64,000 nucleotides of DNA from a virus: the IMG/VR virus record IMGVR_UViG_3300025096_003663, positions 1-64,000 of that record; one strand, written 5' to 3'. Below the pieces are notes generated by a model. The model worked only from the letters and a program-made list of their open reading frames with translations. It was not told where the DNA came from and did not search any database. Made by a program: the position numbers and the translations under genes. Position 1 is the stretch's first letter. Each line of letters begins with the position of its first letter. Below are positions 1 to 8,640 of the stretch, piece after piece.

Positions 1-514
1 AAGGAGTGGGCAGAAGAAGATGCTCTAGACCGTAGCCTTCGAGCTAGAAGGAAAAAATGGGATGCCCAGAATAAAGCCGATGATAATAAATGGTACAACA
101 AATTGAATCCTTTTCGCGAAGGCGAAGAAACAGTCCATGAGGATATCGGAGGTGTGTCGGATTGGCTTCACATTGATGACGATGGTAATAAACATACATT
201 CAATAGCGAAGAAGCATATGAAGAATACAAGGATAGAGAGTGGAAAGAGAAGAACCCCGAAGAATATGAACGAAGGAAGGCATCAATAGACAAAGAGGTG
301 GGAGCCTGGCAGCAAAAAAACAGGGATGCTAATCGGGATCGGGAAGATTCTACAAAAGCATATGCAAAGGACCGAGAGGCTCGCAAGAAGGAGTGGGCAG
401 AAGAAGATGCTCTAGACCGTAGCCTTCGAGCTAGAAGGAAAAAATGGGATGCCCAGAATAAAGCCGATGATAATAAATGGTACAACAAATTGAATCCTTT
501 TCGCGAAGGCGAAG
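1..514 (+). repeat. 127-bp perfect direct repeat (1-127 = 388-514), in frame
   Basis: Identical sequence aaggagtggg...ggcgaag at an offset of 387 bp (129 codons). The first copy is cut by the window edge. Confidence 0.95.
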
Positions 515-525
515 GAGACAGTTAA
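1..525 (+). CDS. 5'-truncated charged hypothetical protein with an internal duplicated segment
   Basis: Frame 1 is open from base 1 (KEWAEEDALD...) to TAA 523-525, so the ORF-track start at 103 is an internal TTG. Confidence 0.75.
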   Translation, partial: KEWAEEDALDRSLRARRKKWDAQNKADDNKWYNKLNPFREGEETVHEDIGGVSDWLHIDDDGNKHTFNSEEAYEEYKDREWKEKNPEEYERRKASIDKEVGAWQQKNRDANRDREDSTKAYAKDREARKKEWAEEDALDRSLRARRKKWDAQNKADDNKWYNKLNPFREGEGDS

Positions 526-526
526 A

Positions 527-1048
527 ATGAAAGTAATAATAGAAAAAACCGAAATCGATGAAATCATTAGCGAGATGATAGAAGAAGGCTTTTTTGATCG
601 GTTCCGTGCCGGCAAAGCTGGTAGAGAAGCCGCCAAAGCGGCAAAGCCTGGCGTTGGTCAGCGGCTTGGGCGAGGATGGGATGCAATAATGGGCAAAAAT
701 TTAGAAGATTTGCCTGATGCTGAGATCGAGAAACTAACAGCACAAGCAAAAAGCATAACAGATAGTTATGTGAAGAAGCTAGAAGACTTAGCCGGTGATT
801 TGGAGTCTGATGCTGCCAAGATGGGCTTAGACACTGATTCCGTCGATAAAGCAATCAAGCCAATAAAGAATGCTTCAGAGTTTCTCAAGATTCTAGGGGT
901 AAAGCGGGCAATGTCGGCAGCAGAGGCATCTGCCTTGACAGAGCCGGAAAATATAGCATCAGGCGAAACAGAATCCGGCGAGGATATTTCTGCCGAAGAG
1001 CAAGCTGCCAGGAAGCGATACGGCTTAGACGAAAAAGAAGGAGAATGA
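527..1048 (+). CDS. hypothetical protein, possible internal head protein
   Basis: 173-aa ORF with an acidic leader (MKVIIEKTEIDEIISEMIEE) followed by a helical body. Confidence 0.75.
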   Translation: MKVIIEKTEIDEIISEMIEEGFFDRFRAGKAGREAAKAAKPGVGQRLGRGWDAIMGKNLEDLPDAEIEKLTAQAKSITDSYVKKLEDLAGDLESDAAKMGLDTDSVDKAIKPIKNASEFLKILGVKRAMSAAEASALTEPENIASGETESGEDISAEEQAARKRYGLDEKEGE

Positions 1049-1380
1049 TAATGAGTAGTCCAAAACAAAAGAAAAAAAGAATGATAGCTAGGAAGTTATC
1101 GAATGTAAAAGCTGCTGCCGAAAAAGCAGCAGAAGAAGCTAAAGCAGCCGTATTAAAGGCAGCAGCAGAAGCAGAGGCGAAAGCTGAACAAGCCGTCGCT
1201 CAAGCAAAAGCAAAAGCTGAACAAGCAGCAGCAGAAGCGAAAGCGAAAGCCGAACAGGCTGCAGCCGAAGCCAAAGCGAAAGCTGAAGAAGTGAAAGAAG
1301 ATGTTGAGGTTGGAATCGGTTCTCTACTCCGTCGTAAGCGACCAGCGAAGAAGCGAACTGTCACGGCAAAAGAGGAATAA
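1045..1380 (+). CDS. Ala/Lys/Glu-rich repeat protein with basic termini
   Basis: About four 11-aa AAAEAKAKAEQ-type repeats flanked by KQKKKR and RRKRPAKKR; ATGA overlap with the upstream gene. Confidence 0.8.
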   Translation: MIMSSPKQKKKRMIARKLSNVKAAAEKAAEEAKAAVLKAAAEAEAKAEQAVAQAKAKAEQAAAEAKAKAEQAAAEAKAKAEEVKEDVEVGIGSLLRRKRPAKKRTVTAKEE

Positions 1381-1383
1381 CCT

Positions 1384-1635
1384 ATGGATTTTCGTCAGAT
1401 GACAAAGAAATTTTTACTTGGTGAATCCTATGATTCACCAAACATTAATAGCTATATCCAGTCCCTTAAAGAGGTGCTGGAAGCCTTAAAACCTTCCTCT
1501 CAATCTGATAAAATGAGAGTAGAGATGGCTCAAAGTCACTTAAGGGAAATAAAGAGAAATAATAGAAGACTTCAAGAAAAAGTTGATCTCTTGGAAGAGA
1601 GAGTAAGAATTTTCGAAGAGGGTAAAAAGGAATAA
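1384..1635 (+). CDS. small coiled-coil hypothetical protein
   Basis: 83-aa ORF tightly packed between neighbours, with a heptad-like C-terminus. Confidence 0.75.
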   Translation: MDFRQMTKKFLLGESYDSPNINSYIQSLKEVLEALKPSSQSDKMRVEMAQSHLREIKRNNRRLQEKVDLLEERVRIFEEGKKE

Positions 1636-1639
1636 GCTT

Positions 1640-4468
1640 ATGGGCGGATTAGCAGGACACATGAGTCATCTGTATGACAATCCAAACCTTTCTTTCTCTA
1701 AGATGAAAGACATTTTTAATAAGGCTACAAGAGGAGAGCTCGTTGGTACAGAAAAGACCGACGGGCAGAACCTTTTCGTATCTTATAGTGTCCGAGATAA
1801 GAAAGCTAAAGCGGCAAGAAATAAGTCTAATATAAAGTCGGGAGGATTAGATCCTGCCGGACTTGCCCAAAAGTTTGCCGGTAGAGGAAACTTAGAAAGA
1901 GCTTTCGTAGACGGCTTTGCTGCTTTTGAGCAGGCTGTACAATCTATGCCGATTGAGCTACAGATAGATCTTTTTGGACCCGATGCTAATATTTTCTATA
2001 ACGCCGAAATAATGGATCCGAGAAGCCCAAATGTCGTCAACTACGATACTAAAAATTTGGTAATCCATCGAGTGGGTCATCTTGCTCTCGATAAAGAGAC
2101 TGAAGAGACTGTACCAGTAGAATCGGAAGAGCTAGTATCTCAGCTCGAACAGGCATTGGGAGCTATTCAGGACACAAAAGAGGAAGAGGATTACGGAGTT
2201 CAGGTTAATGCTATAAAAAACCTAGAAAAGTTTACTAGCGACAGCCCTACAATGAAAATCACAAAAAGGCTCGATGATCTAATGAGATCCGCTGGTCTTT
2301 CCGACGAGAATGTTGTCGGCGATTATATTATTAAAAAAGTTAGTGAAAGAATCAACGAAAGCTTTCCGGCAGCCAATAAAGATATTAAAGATATGATCCT
2401 ACAGAGGACACTTGGTCAAAAGGGAGCTAATCTAACTAAGATACTTGCTAAAATCCCGAAAGAGGAAGCTGAATATCGAGATTCAGTCCGACAGTTTATT
2501 GCTGGTAGCAAAGACTTGATTAAGGAAATAATTTATCCACTAGAAGATATAGTCCACGACTTTTCAGTCTTAGCATTAAGCGGCTTGGAGAGTGTATTCA
2601 TCTTAGATAATCAGAAAGAAGTAGAGAGACTTAGGAAAGAAGTCGCCACTGCTATTAGATCCATAGAAGGATCGGGTTCTGATGAAGCTATGTCCATCTT
2701 GAGCAAGCAGTTACAAAAACTTAAATCAATTGATAATGTCTCGACAGCCTCAGAAGGCTTTGTTTTCGATTATGATGGGAAGACTTATAAATTTACTGGC
2801 AACTTTGCCCCGATTAATCAGCTTCTCGGATTATTCCGCTTTGGGCGAGGAGATATTCCCCCAATGAAGAAAATAGATGAAGAGCAAGAACAGTTCAACA
2901 GAATAGTTGCTGTTTTTCCCGGCAAGTTCAAGCCTCCTCATTCTGGGCATCTTGGAGCTGTCGAAGAGATTTATCCGACAACAGAAGAAATGTATATTTT
3001 AATTTCTCCAAGAGAGGATAAAGGTGTTACTGCTGAAGCCTCGAAGAAAATTTGGGATATATACCTAAACAGATACGGTCTTGCCGGCAAAGCACAAGCT
3101 TTTGTATCAACCCAGCTATTCCCCGCTGCTCCAAGTCCCGTACAGGCAACCTATGAGTTTATAGAAGAGTTTGTAGAGCCGGATGATAAAGTTATTTTGG
3201 TGCTGGGTGTGAAAGATATCAAAGATGGTAGATATGCCGGAGCAGTTAGAGTCGGTCAGAATAGAGGCATAGATGTAGAGATACAGCCCATACCTCCTCA
3301 AGCCGGCGGAATAAGTGCTAGCGGAGACATGAAGCCGGCTATGGAGGCGGGCGATGAAGAGAAGTTTAAATCCCTCCTTCCCGAGAAACTAAGCCCAGAA
3401 GACAAAGATAGAATATGGAAACTAGTTAAGGGAGAGGTATCGGAAATCTCTACTGCTTCTGCCGTAGTAGGCTATGCCGATGATAAATCCGAAGATGAAA
3501 AAGAGGAAAGTTATATGATAACGAGAGAAGATATTGTTTATGAAGAAAAAGTAAGAGAAGTTATTCGTAAGAAGATCGAAAACAGAGCTTCGGTTCTTAG
3601 CGAGACTAAAGAAGAAGATACCAGTGTGATTTATGTCTCCAAGGTTCAGAAAGAGAAAATAGACAACTTTCGACTAGAACACAAACTTAGAGAGTGTATT
3701 CATAAGTTGCTGCTGCAGGAAAAAGAAGATCTTCCTCCTCACAGAAGCACCGGCATCAATGTTTTACAAGTTCTGCTAAGGACAGTTGTTTCCTCCCTCA
3801 AGACTGGCTACAAATCCCTTACCACCGACATTGAACAAAGAAATTCTTTTCGAAGCCACATCATTAATGCTGTCGTTAATTCTTTGGCTCCAATCGAACT
3901 AGACGATGAAGCAGGACAAGAGCTAAAAGAGATCGATGTAGACATAAAGGATGATATGCCAGCAGACGCCGATAAATTCATTGACGTCGGCGACGAAGAT
4001 TTTGCTTTCGATGAAGAGGAAAAAGAATCATTCCAGACGCTGCCGGGCGAAGATTTGACCGGGCGAAATGTAGCAATGCATGCATATGATAGAATTGAGA
4101 AGCAGATAGTAGATGCATACGCCGATCTAGATAACCAGCAAGATCAGAAAATGTTTTATGATTATCTTATTGCCAACCTAAAACTTTATTTTGATAGGTT
4201 TGAAGATCAATTGCAAGATGAGCTTCCAGAACCTTCCAATGCTGCTTATGAAGAAGAGAAAGAAGACGAAGAAATGGGGGCAGCGATGGGCGAGACACCA
4301 TCAGACGAAGGAATTGAAGAGCTTGAAGAAATATATTCAGATAAGCAAAGAAAATGGGCTTGTGCTCAAACCAAGGGAAGCAGAAAAAGCTTCAAAGGTA
4401 AACCCTCTCTTTCTCCGAAAGAAGCAGAGGAAATGTGCTCCGCCGACATTGAAAAACCAAAAAAATGA
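1640..4468 (+). CDS. multidomain protein: ligase-like (KxDG) nucleotidyltransferase domain + HxGH cytidylyl/adenylyltransferase domain + acidic C-terminal region
   Basis: EKTDGQN, YNAEI, EGFVF and YKF resemble ligase motifs I, III, IV and V. FPGKFKPPHSGH is an HxGH motif, and ISAS resembles the ISSS/T signature. SD aagga upstream. Confidence 0.75.
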   Translation: MGGLAGHMSHLYDNPNLSFSKMKDIFNKATRGELVGTEKTDGQNLFVSYSVRDKKAKAARNKSNIKSGGLDPAGLAQKFAGRGNLERAFVDGFAAFEQAVQSMPIELQIDLFGPDANIFYNAEIMDPRSPNVVNYDTKNLVIHRVGHLALDKETEETVPVESEELVSQLEQALGAIQDTKEEEDYGVQVNAIKNLEKFTSDSPTMKITKRLDDLMRSAGLSDENVVGDYIIKKVSERINESFPAANKDIKDMILQRTLGQKGANLTKILAKIPKEEAEYRDSVRQFIAGSKDLIKEIIYPLEDIVHDFSVLALSGLESVFILDNQKEVERLRKEVATAIRSIEGSGSDEAMSILSKQLQKLKSIDNVSTASEGFVFDYDGKTYKFTGNFAPINQLLGLFRFGRGDIPPMKKIDEEQEQFNRIVAVFPGKFKPPHSGHLGAVEEIYPTTEEMYILISPREDKGVTAEASKKIWDIYLNRYGLAGKAQAFVSTQLFPAAPSPVQATYEFIEEFVEPDDKVILVLGVKDIKDGRYAGAVRVGQNRGIDVEIQPIPPQAGGISASGDMKPAMEAGDEEKFKSLLPEKLSPEDKDRIWKLVKGEVSEISTASAVVGYADDKSEDEKEESYMITREDIVYEEKVREVIRKKIENRASVLSETKEEDTSVIYVSKVQKEKIDNFRLEHKLRECIHKLLLQEKEDLPPHRSTGINVLQVLLRTVVSSLKTGYKSLTTDIEQRNSFRSHIINAVVNSLAPIELDDEAGQELKEIDVDIKDDMPADADKFIDVGDEDFAFDEEEKESFQTLPGEDLTGRNVAMHAYDRIEKQIVDAYADLDNQQDQKMFYDYLIANLKLYFDRFEDQLQDELPEPSNAAYEEEKEDEEMGAAMGETPSDEGIEELEEIYSDKQRKWACAQTKGSRKSFKGKPSLSPKEAEEMCSADIEKPKK

Positions 4469-4476
4469 TTTTTTTC

Positions 4477-4505
4477 TTGACTTTTATAAAATGATCAGGT
4501 ATTTT
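4477..4505 (+). promoter_or_regulatory. sigma70-type promoter
   Basis: TTGACT (4477-4482), 17-bp spacer, TATTTT (4500-4505), in the intergenic gap before the Fis-like gene. Confidence 0.6.
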
Positions 4506-4551
4506 AGTGAGGTGGTTGGGCAGGAGGCATCCAACAGCAGCATGGTGAGTG

Positions 4552-4926
4552 ATGAGTTGGAATAAGAAAAAGAGAGTATCAGGAAAAAATAAATATTATA
4601 GTATTAGAAGTAAATTAAAAAGAGAAAATAAAATTACTTCTGATTTTGAGATAATGTTAAATAATTTAACTTTAGAGGATATAATAGCTCTTAAGTTAGA
4701 ATATTCAATTAATGTTTCCGGCACACCTGTATATGGTCTGCAGTTAGCTAAATCATTGAGATATGTTTGTAAAGAGGCTCTCTATAAGCTAGCACTAAGC
4801 GCCACAAGGTCTAAAAACTCTGCTGCTCGGTTTCTCGGAGTTAGCGAGAACGATTTCCGGCAAGAACTTAAAAGAATGAGAATAGAGAGCTTCTTCTTGG
4901 ATGAAGAAGATGAAAAGAAAGCATAA
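4552..4926 (+). CDS. Fis/NtrC-type HTH DNA-binding protein
   Basis: The C-terminal KEALYKLALSATRSKNSAARFLGVSENDFRQELKR matches the Fis-family HTH pattern (AL....N...AA..LG.S). Confidence 0.65.
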   Translation: MSWNKKKRVSGKNKYYSIRSKLKRENKITSDFEIMLNNLTLEDIIALKLEYSINVSGTPVYGLQLAKSLRYVCKEALYKLALSATRSKNSAARFLGVSENDFRQELKRMRIESFFLDEEDEKKA

Positions 4927-5413
4927 GATAGTAGCTATTAGCGGCGGTTTTGATCCAATACACATTGGGCACCTTAAGCTTATCCAAGAAGCATCCAAAT
5001 ACGGCAAGGTTGTTATCATTTTGAATTCTGATAGCTGGCTCGTAAGAAAAAAAGGCTATTATTTTATGACTCATGAGGAGAGAGCCCAACTTCTAGAAGG
5101 AATGAAGAAAGTTCACAAAGTCGTGCTTTCTCTGGATCAGGATGACACAGTTTGTGAAACACTTGAGAAGATAAAACCTGATTACTTTGCCAATGGCGGC
5201 ACAATAAACAAAAATACAATATCTAAAAAAGAAATAGATACTTGTAAAAAACTTAATATTGAAATGATTTGGAGCATCGGCGGCTCTAAAATCCAAAGCA
5301 GTTCGGAACTAGTTGATAAACTCAAGATTCCCAAGTCAAACAAGAAGACGGAACTGGAAGCTTTTAAAGACATAATCGATTCCTTCAATAGTGTAAATTT
5401 TCTCAAGAAATAG
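4901..5413 (+). CDS. cytidylyltransferase/adenylyltransferase family protein (TagD/RfaE-II/RibL-like)
   Basis: ISGGFDPIHIGH (HxGH), NSD, ERAQLL, KPDYFANGG and KIQSSSEL. Start may be ATG 4910. Confidence 0.85.
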   Translation: MKKMKRKHKIVAISGGFDPIHIGHLKLIQEASKYGKVVIILNSDSWLVRKKGYYFMTHEERAQLLEGMKKVHKVVLSLDQDDTVCETLEKIKPDYFANGGTINKNTISKKEIDTCKKLNIEMIWSIGGSKIQSSSELVDKLKIPKSNKKTELEAFKDIIDSFNSVNFLKK

Positions 5414-5414
5414 C

Positions 5415-5443
5415 TTGTAATATCATTTATTTTATGATAATCT
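5415..5443 (+). promoter_or_regulatory. sigma70-type promoter for tRNA-aceB-aceA
   Basis: TTGTAA (5415-5420), 17-bp spacer, TAATCT (5438-5443) with an extended -10 TG (5435-5436), 15 nt before the tRNA. Confidence 0.5.
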
Positions 5444-5458
5444 CGTAATAAGCAATGA

Positions 5459-5535
5459 GTGTTCTTAGCTCAGTTGGTTAGAGCATCCGTCTTATAAGCG
5501 GAAGGTCGTGGGTTCAAAGCCCGTAGAGCACACCA
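5459..5535 (+). tRNA. trnI: tRNA-Ile with UAU anticodon, encoded CCA
   Basis: Cloverleaf: acceptor GTGTTCT/AGAGCAC, D stem GCTC/GAGC, anticodon stem TCCGT/GCGGA, loop CT-TAT-AA (anticodon 5493-5495), T arm GTGGG-TTCAAAG-CCCGT, discriminator A, then CCA. Confidence 0.9.
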
Positions 5536-5551
5536 AGAACTGGATATCTTA

Positions 5552-7213
5552 ATGAGAATAAAAGAATTCTGTGAATTGTTGAGAAAGTCTTCTTACAGCT
5601 TCGAACACGAACAAATTTGCCGGCTACGGGAAGATTTAAACGATAAAATGGATCCGAAAAGCTGGCTTTCTCTGTTTGAAAATTATTTTAAAAATTATAC
5701 CAACGAAAAGGAAGTGGAATATATTATGGAAGGAAAAGTAATCAACGAAAACACCTCTCAATTTTTAAATTTACTATCGGAAAATTTTTCGACGAAAATA
5801 CAATTATTATTAGAGAGTAGAGAGGACAAAACATCTCCGAGTAATAGGCTTGACTTCTTAAGGGAAACAAAACATGTAAGAGAGGGAAATTGGAAGATTA
5901 ACAAAATACCAGATAAGATTTTAGACAGGAGAGTAGAAATCACTGGACCTGTTGATCGAAAAATGATAATCAATGCCCTAAACTCAGGTGCAAATGTTTT
6001 TATGGCGGATTTTGAAGATTCAAACTCCCCAACTTGGGAGAACTGTGTCAATGGTCAGGTTAATCTATATGATGCTATTCGAAAAAATATTGATTTTACA
6101 GCAGACAACGGAAAAGAGTATAAATTAAATAAAAGCCCAGCAACTCTCTTTGTAAGACCAAGAGGGCTACATCTACAAGAAAAAAACTTTTTAAATTATG
6201 ATGGTGTTCCAATCCGAGCGGCACTCTTTGATTATGGAGTATTCGTATCTCTAAACATAAGAGAAATGGTTGATAGAGGAGAACCGCCTTGCTTTTACCT
6301 ACCAAAACTAGAAAGTTATTTAGAGGCGAGAGTCTGGGCAGAGATATTTGCTTTTACAGAAGAATATTTTAGTATCCAGAAAGGAACAATAAAAGCCACA
6401 GTATTAGTTGAGACTCTGCCACTAGCATTTCAAATGGATGAAGTGCTTTATGAGCTGAGAGAGTATTCTGCTGGACTTAATTGTGGAAGATGGGATTATA
6501 TTTTCAGTTTTATGAAAAACCTATCATCAGAAACATTACCAGACAGAGACCAGCTAACCATGTCAAGGCACTTTATGAGCTCATACACAAATCTCCTAGT
6601 TCATACCTGTCATAAGAGAGGCAGCCATGCTATGGGCGGAATGGCAGCACAAATACCAATTAAGAATAATCCAGAGGCAAACGAAGCAGCCTTAGAAAAA
6701 GTCAAAGAAGATAAAGAAAGAGAAGTGATAAATGGACACGACGGCACATGGGTTGCCCACCCAGGATTAATAGCTATAGCGAAAGAAGTTTTTGATTTAC
6801 ATATGAAAGGGAAAAACCAAATAGATAGGGAAGTGGAAACTTCCGTGACCCGAGAAGATCTTCTTAAGATACCGGATGGTGATTGTACAGAAGAATGCTT
6901 TCGAAAAAATATTAATATTGGATTTACATATCTGAACAGTTGGCTCGATGGCAAGGGGTGTGTGCCCATAAACAATCTTATGGAGGATGCCGCGACAGCA
7001 GAGATATCAAGAACTCAGCTTTGGCAATGGGTAAAAAATAAAGCAGAGTTAACAAATGGGAAAATATGTGGGGAAGAATACTTCACTAAAATATTAAATG
7101 AAGAGATAGAAGATTCCCACGAGAATTATTTAGCTAAGAAAATCTTTAAGAATTTATGTTTATCTGATAATCTAGATGAGTTCTTAACAACAGTCTGTTA
7201 CAAACATTTATAG
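5552..7213 (+). CDS. aceB: malate synthase A
   Basis: DRRVEITGP, NALNSGA, MADFEDS, LFVRPRG, FYLPKLE, GLNCGRWDYIFS, AMGGMAAQIP, GHDGTWVAHP and LMEDAATAEISR are all present. Confidence 0.97.
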   Translation: MRIKEFCELLRKSSYSFEHEQICRLREDLNDKMDPKSWLSLFENYFKNYTNEKEVEYIMEGKVINENTSQFLNLLSENFSTKIQLLLESREDKTSPSNRLDFLRETKHVREGNWKINKIPDKILDRRVEITGPVDRKMIINALNSGANVFMADFEDSNSPTWENCVNGQVNLYDAIRKNIDFTADNGKEYKLNKSPATLFVRPRGLHLQEKNFLNYDGVPIRAALFDYGVFVSLNIREMVDRGEPPCFYLPKLESYLEARVWAEIFAFTEEYFSIQKGTIKATVLVETLPLAFQMDEVLYELREYSAGLNCGRWDYIFSFMKNLSSETLPDRDQLTMSRHFMSSYTNLLVHTCHKRGSHAMGGMAAQIPIKNNPEANEAALEKVKEDKEREVINGHDGTWVAHPGLIAIAKEVFDLHMKGKNQIDREVETSVTREDLLKIPDGDCTEECFRKNINIGFTYLNSWLDGKGCVPINNLMEDAATAEISRTQLWQWVKNKAELTNGKICGEEYFTKILNEEIEDSHENYLAKKIFKNLCLSDNLDEFLTTVCYKHL

Positions 7214-7222
7214 GAGCAAAAA

Positions 7223-8446
7223 ATGAGCAATGAAATAAAGAGACCATATACCGACGAAGATGTCAAAAAATTGAGAGGTTCCGTAAGAGTGGAACATACT
7301 TTGGCTCGAAACGGGGCAGAAAAGCTAAGGAAGCTTCTCAGCGAGGAGAAATATATCAATGCACTCGGTGCTGTCACCGGTAACCAAGCTGTACAGCAAG
7401 TGAGAGGCGGATTAAAGGCAATATACTGTAGTGGTTGGCAAGTGGCAGCCGACGGAAACTTGGACGGCACTATGTATCCAGACCAAAGTTTATATTCAGC
7501 TAGAAGTGTGCCCTTGGTGGTAAAAAAAATAAATAATGCTCTACAGCGAGCCGATCAGGTAGACTCAGCAGAGGATATATCTGATAAAGATTGGTTTGCC
7601 CCTATCGTAGCCGATGCCGAAGCAGGTTTCGGCGGACCTCTAAATGCTTACGAGCTTATGAAATCTATGATTGAGGCTGGAGCAGCCGGAGTTCATTTCG
7701 AAGATCAACTTTCATCAGCAAAGAAGTGTGGGCATATGGGAGGTAAGGTTCTTATTCCCACCGGTCAGTTTATCAAGACTTTGATTGCCGCCAGATTAGC
7801 ATCAGATGTATCGGATGTTCCGACAGTGTTAGTAGCACGAACTGACGCCGATTCAGCCAAGCTATTAACATCTGATATCGATGAAAGGGATCACCCATTT
7901 ATTCTATCGAAAGAGCGGACGGCAGAGGGTTTCTTCCGGATCAAAGATGGTATAGAACCAGCTATAGCCCGAGCCTTGGCATATGCACCATATGCTGATA
8001 TGATTTGGTGTGAAACATCCAAGCCAGATTTGGAGCAGGCAAAGAAGTTTTCTGAAGCGGTAAAAAAAGAATTTCCGGACAAAATGCTAGCCTACAATTG
8101 TTCTCCCTCGTTCAATTGGAGAAAACATCTTGATGAGAAGACAATAAGAAAATTCCAAAATGAGCTCGGAGCTATGGGATACAAATTTCAGTTTGTTACA
8201 TTAGCAGGATTCCACACTTTGAATAATAGTATGTTTGAGCTTTCTGTAGGATACAAAGATACCGGAATGGAAGCTTATTCTGAACTTCAGGAAAGAGAGT
8301 TTTCCAATGCTTCTCTCGGCTATACTGCCGTCAAGCATCAGCGAGAAGTCGGAGCTGGGTATTTTGATTTAGTATCGAAGACTATCAGCGGCGATGAAGT
8401 ATCGACTTTGGCACTCAAAGAATCCACTGAAGAGGAGCAATTTTAA
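7223..8446 (+). CDS. aceA: isocitrate lyase
   Basis: [32 protein letters not shown], catalytic [25 protein letters not shown] and KHQREVG; SD ggag. Confidence 0.98.
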   Translation: MSNEIKRPYTDEDVKKLRGSVRVEHTLARNGAEKLRKLLSEEKYINALGAVTGNQAVQQVRGGLKAIYCSGWQVAADGNLDGTMYPDQSLYSARSVPLVVKKINNALQRADQVDSAEDISDKDWFAPIVADAEAGFGGPLNAYELMKSMIEAGAAGVHFEDQLSSAKKCGHMGGKVLIPTGQFIKTLIAARLASDVSDVPTVLVARTDADSAKLLTSDIDERDHPFILSKERTAEGFFRIKDGIEPAIARALAYAPYADMIWCETSKPDLEQAKKFSEAVKKEFPDKMLAYNCSPSFNWRKHLDEKTIRKFQNELGAMGYKFQFVTLAGFHTLNNSMFELSVGYKDTGMEAYSELQEREFSNASLGYTAVKHQREVGAGYFDLVSKTISGDEVSTLALKESTEEEQF

Positions 8447-8640
8447 TGCCCATTTATGTTTACGAGTGCCAAGAATGCTCCGTGGTAAAGGAAGAGCTAC
8501 AAAAAAGCACTGAAGAGCCTCTCACGGACTGTGAGGGGTGTAATGGGGAGAACTCTTTGAAGAGGATTATAGGACTTTCTTCCTTCCAACTCAAAGGTAC
8601 CGGATGGTATAAGGATGGATACTCTAAGGGAGGAGAATGA
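8446..8640 (+). CDS. FmdB-family zinc-ribbon protein
   Basis: [11 protein letters not shown]...CEGC...LKRII...FQLKGTGWY. Confidence 0.85.
   Translation: MPIYVYECQECSVVKEELQKSTEEPLTDCEGCNGENSLKRIIGLSSFQLKGTGWYKDGYSKGGE

Noticed and set aside
1045-1380. TolA
   Set aside because: The similarity is only low-complexity Ala/Lys/Glu; there is no transmembrane anchor or TolA C-domain.
4191-4565. 124-aa alternative-frame ORF, plus the many short antisense ORFs in the track (e.g. 26841-27305, 35975-36394)
   Set aside because: They overlap well-supported genes, lack SD sites or motifs, and read as shadow frames.
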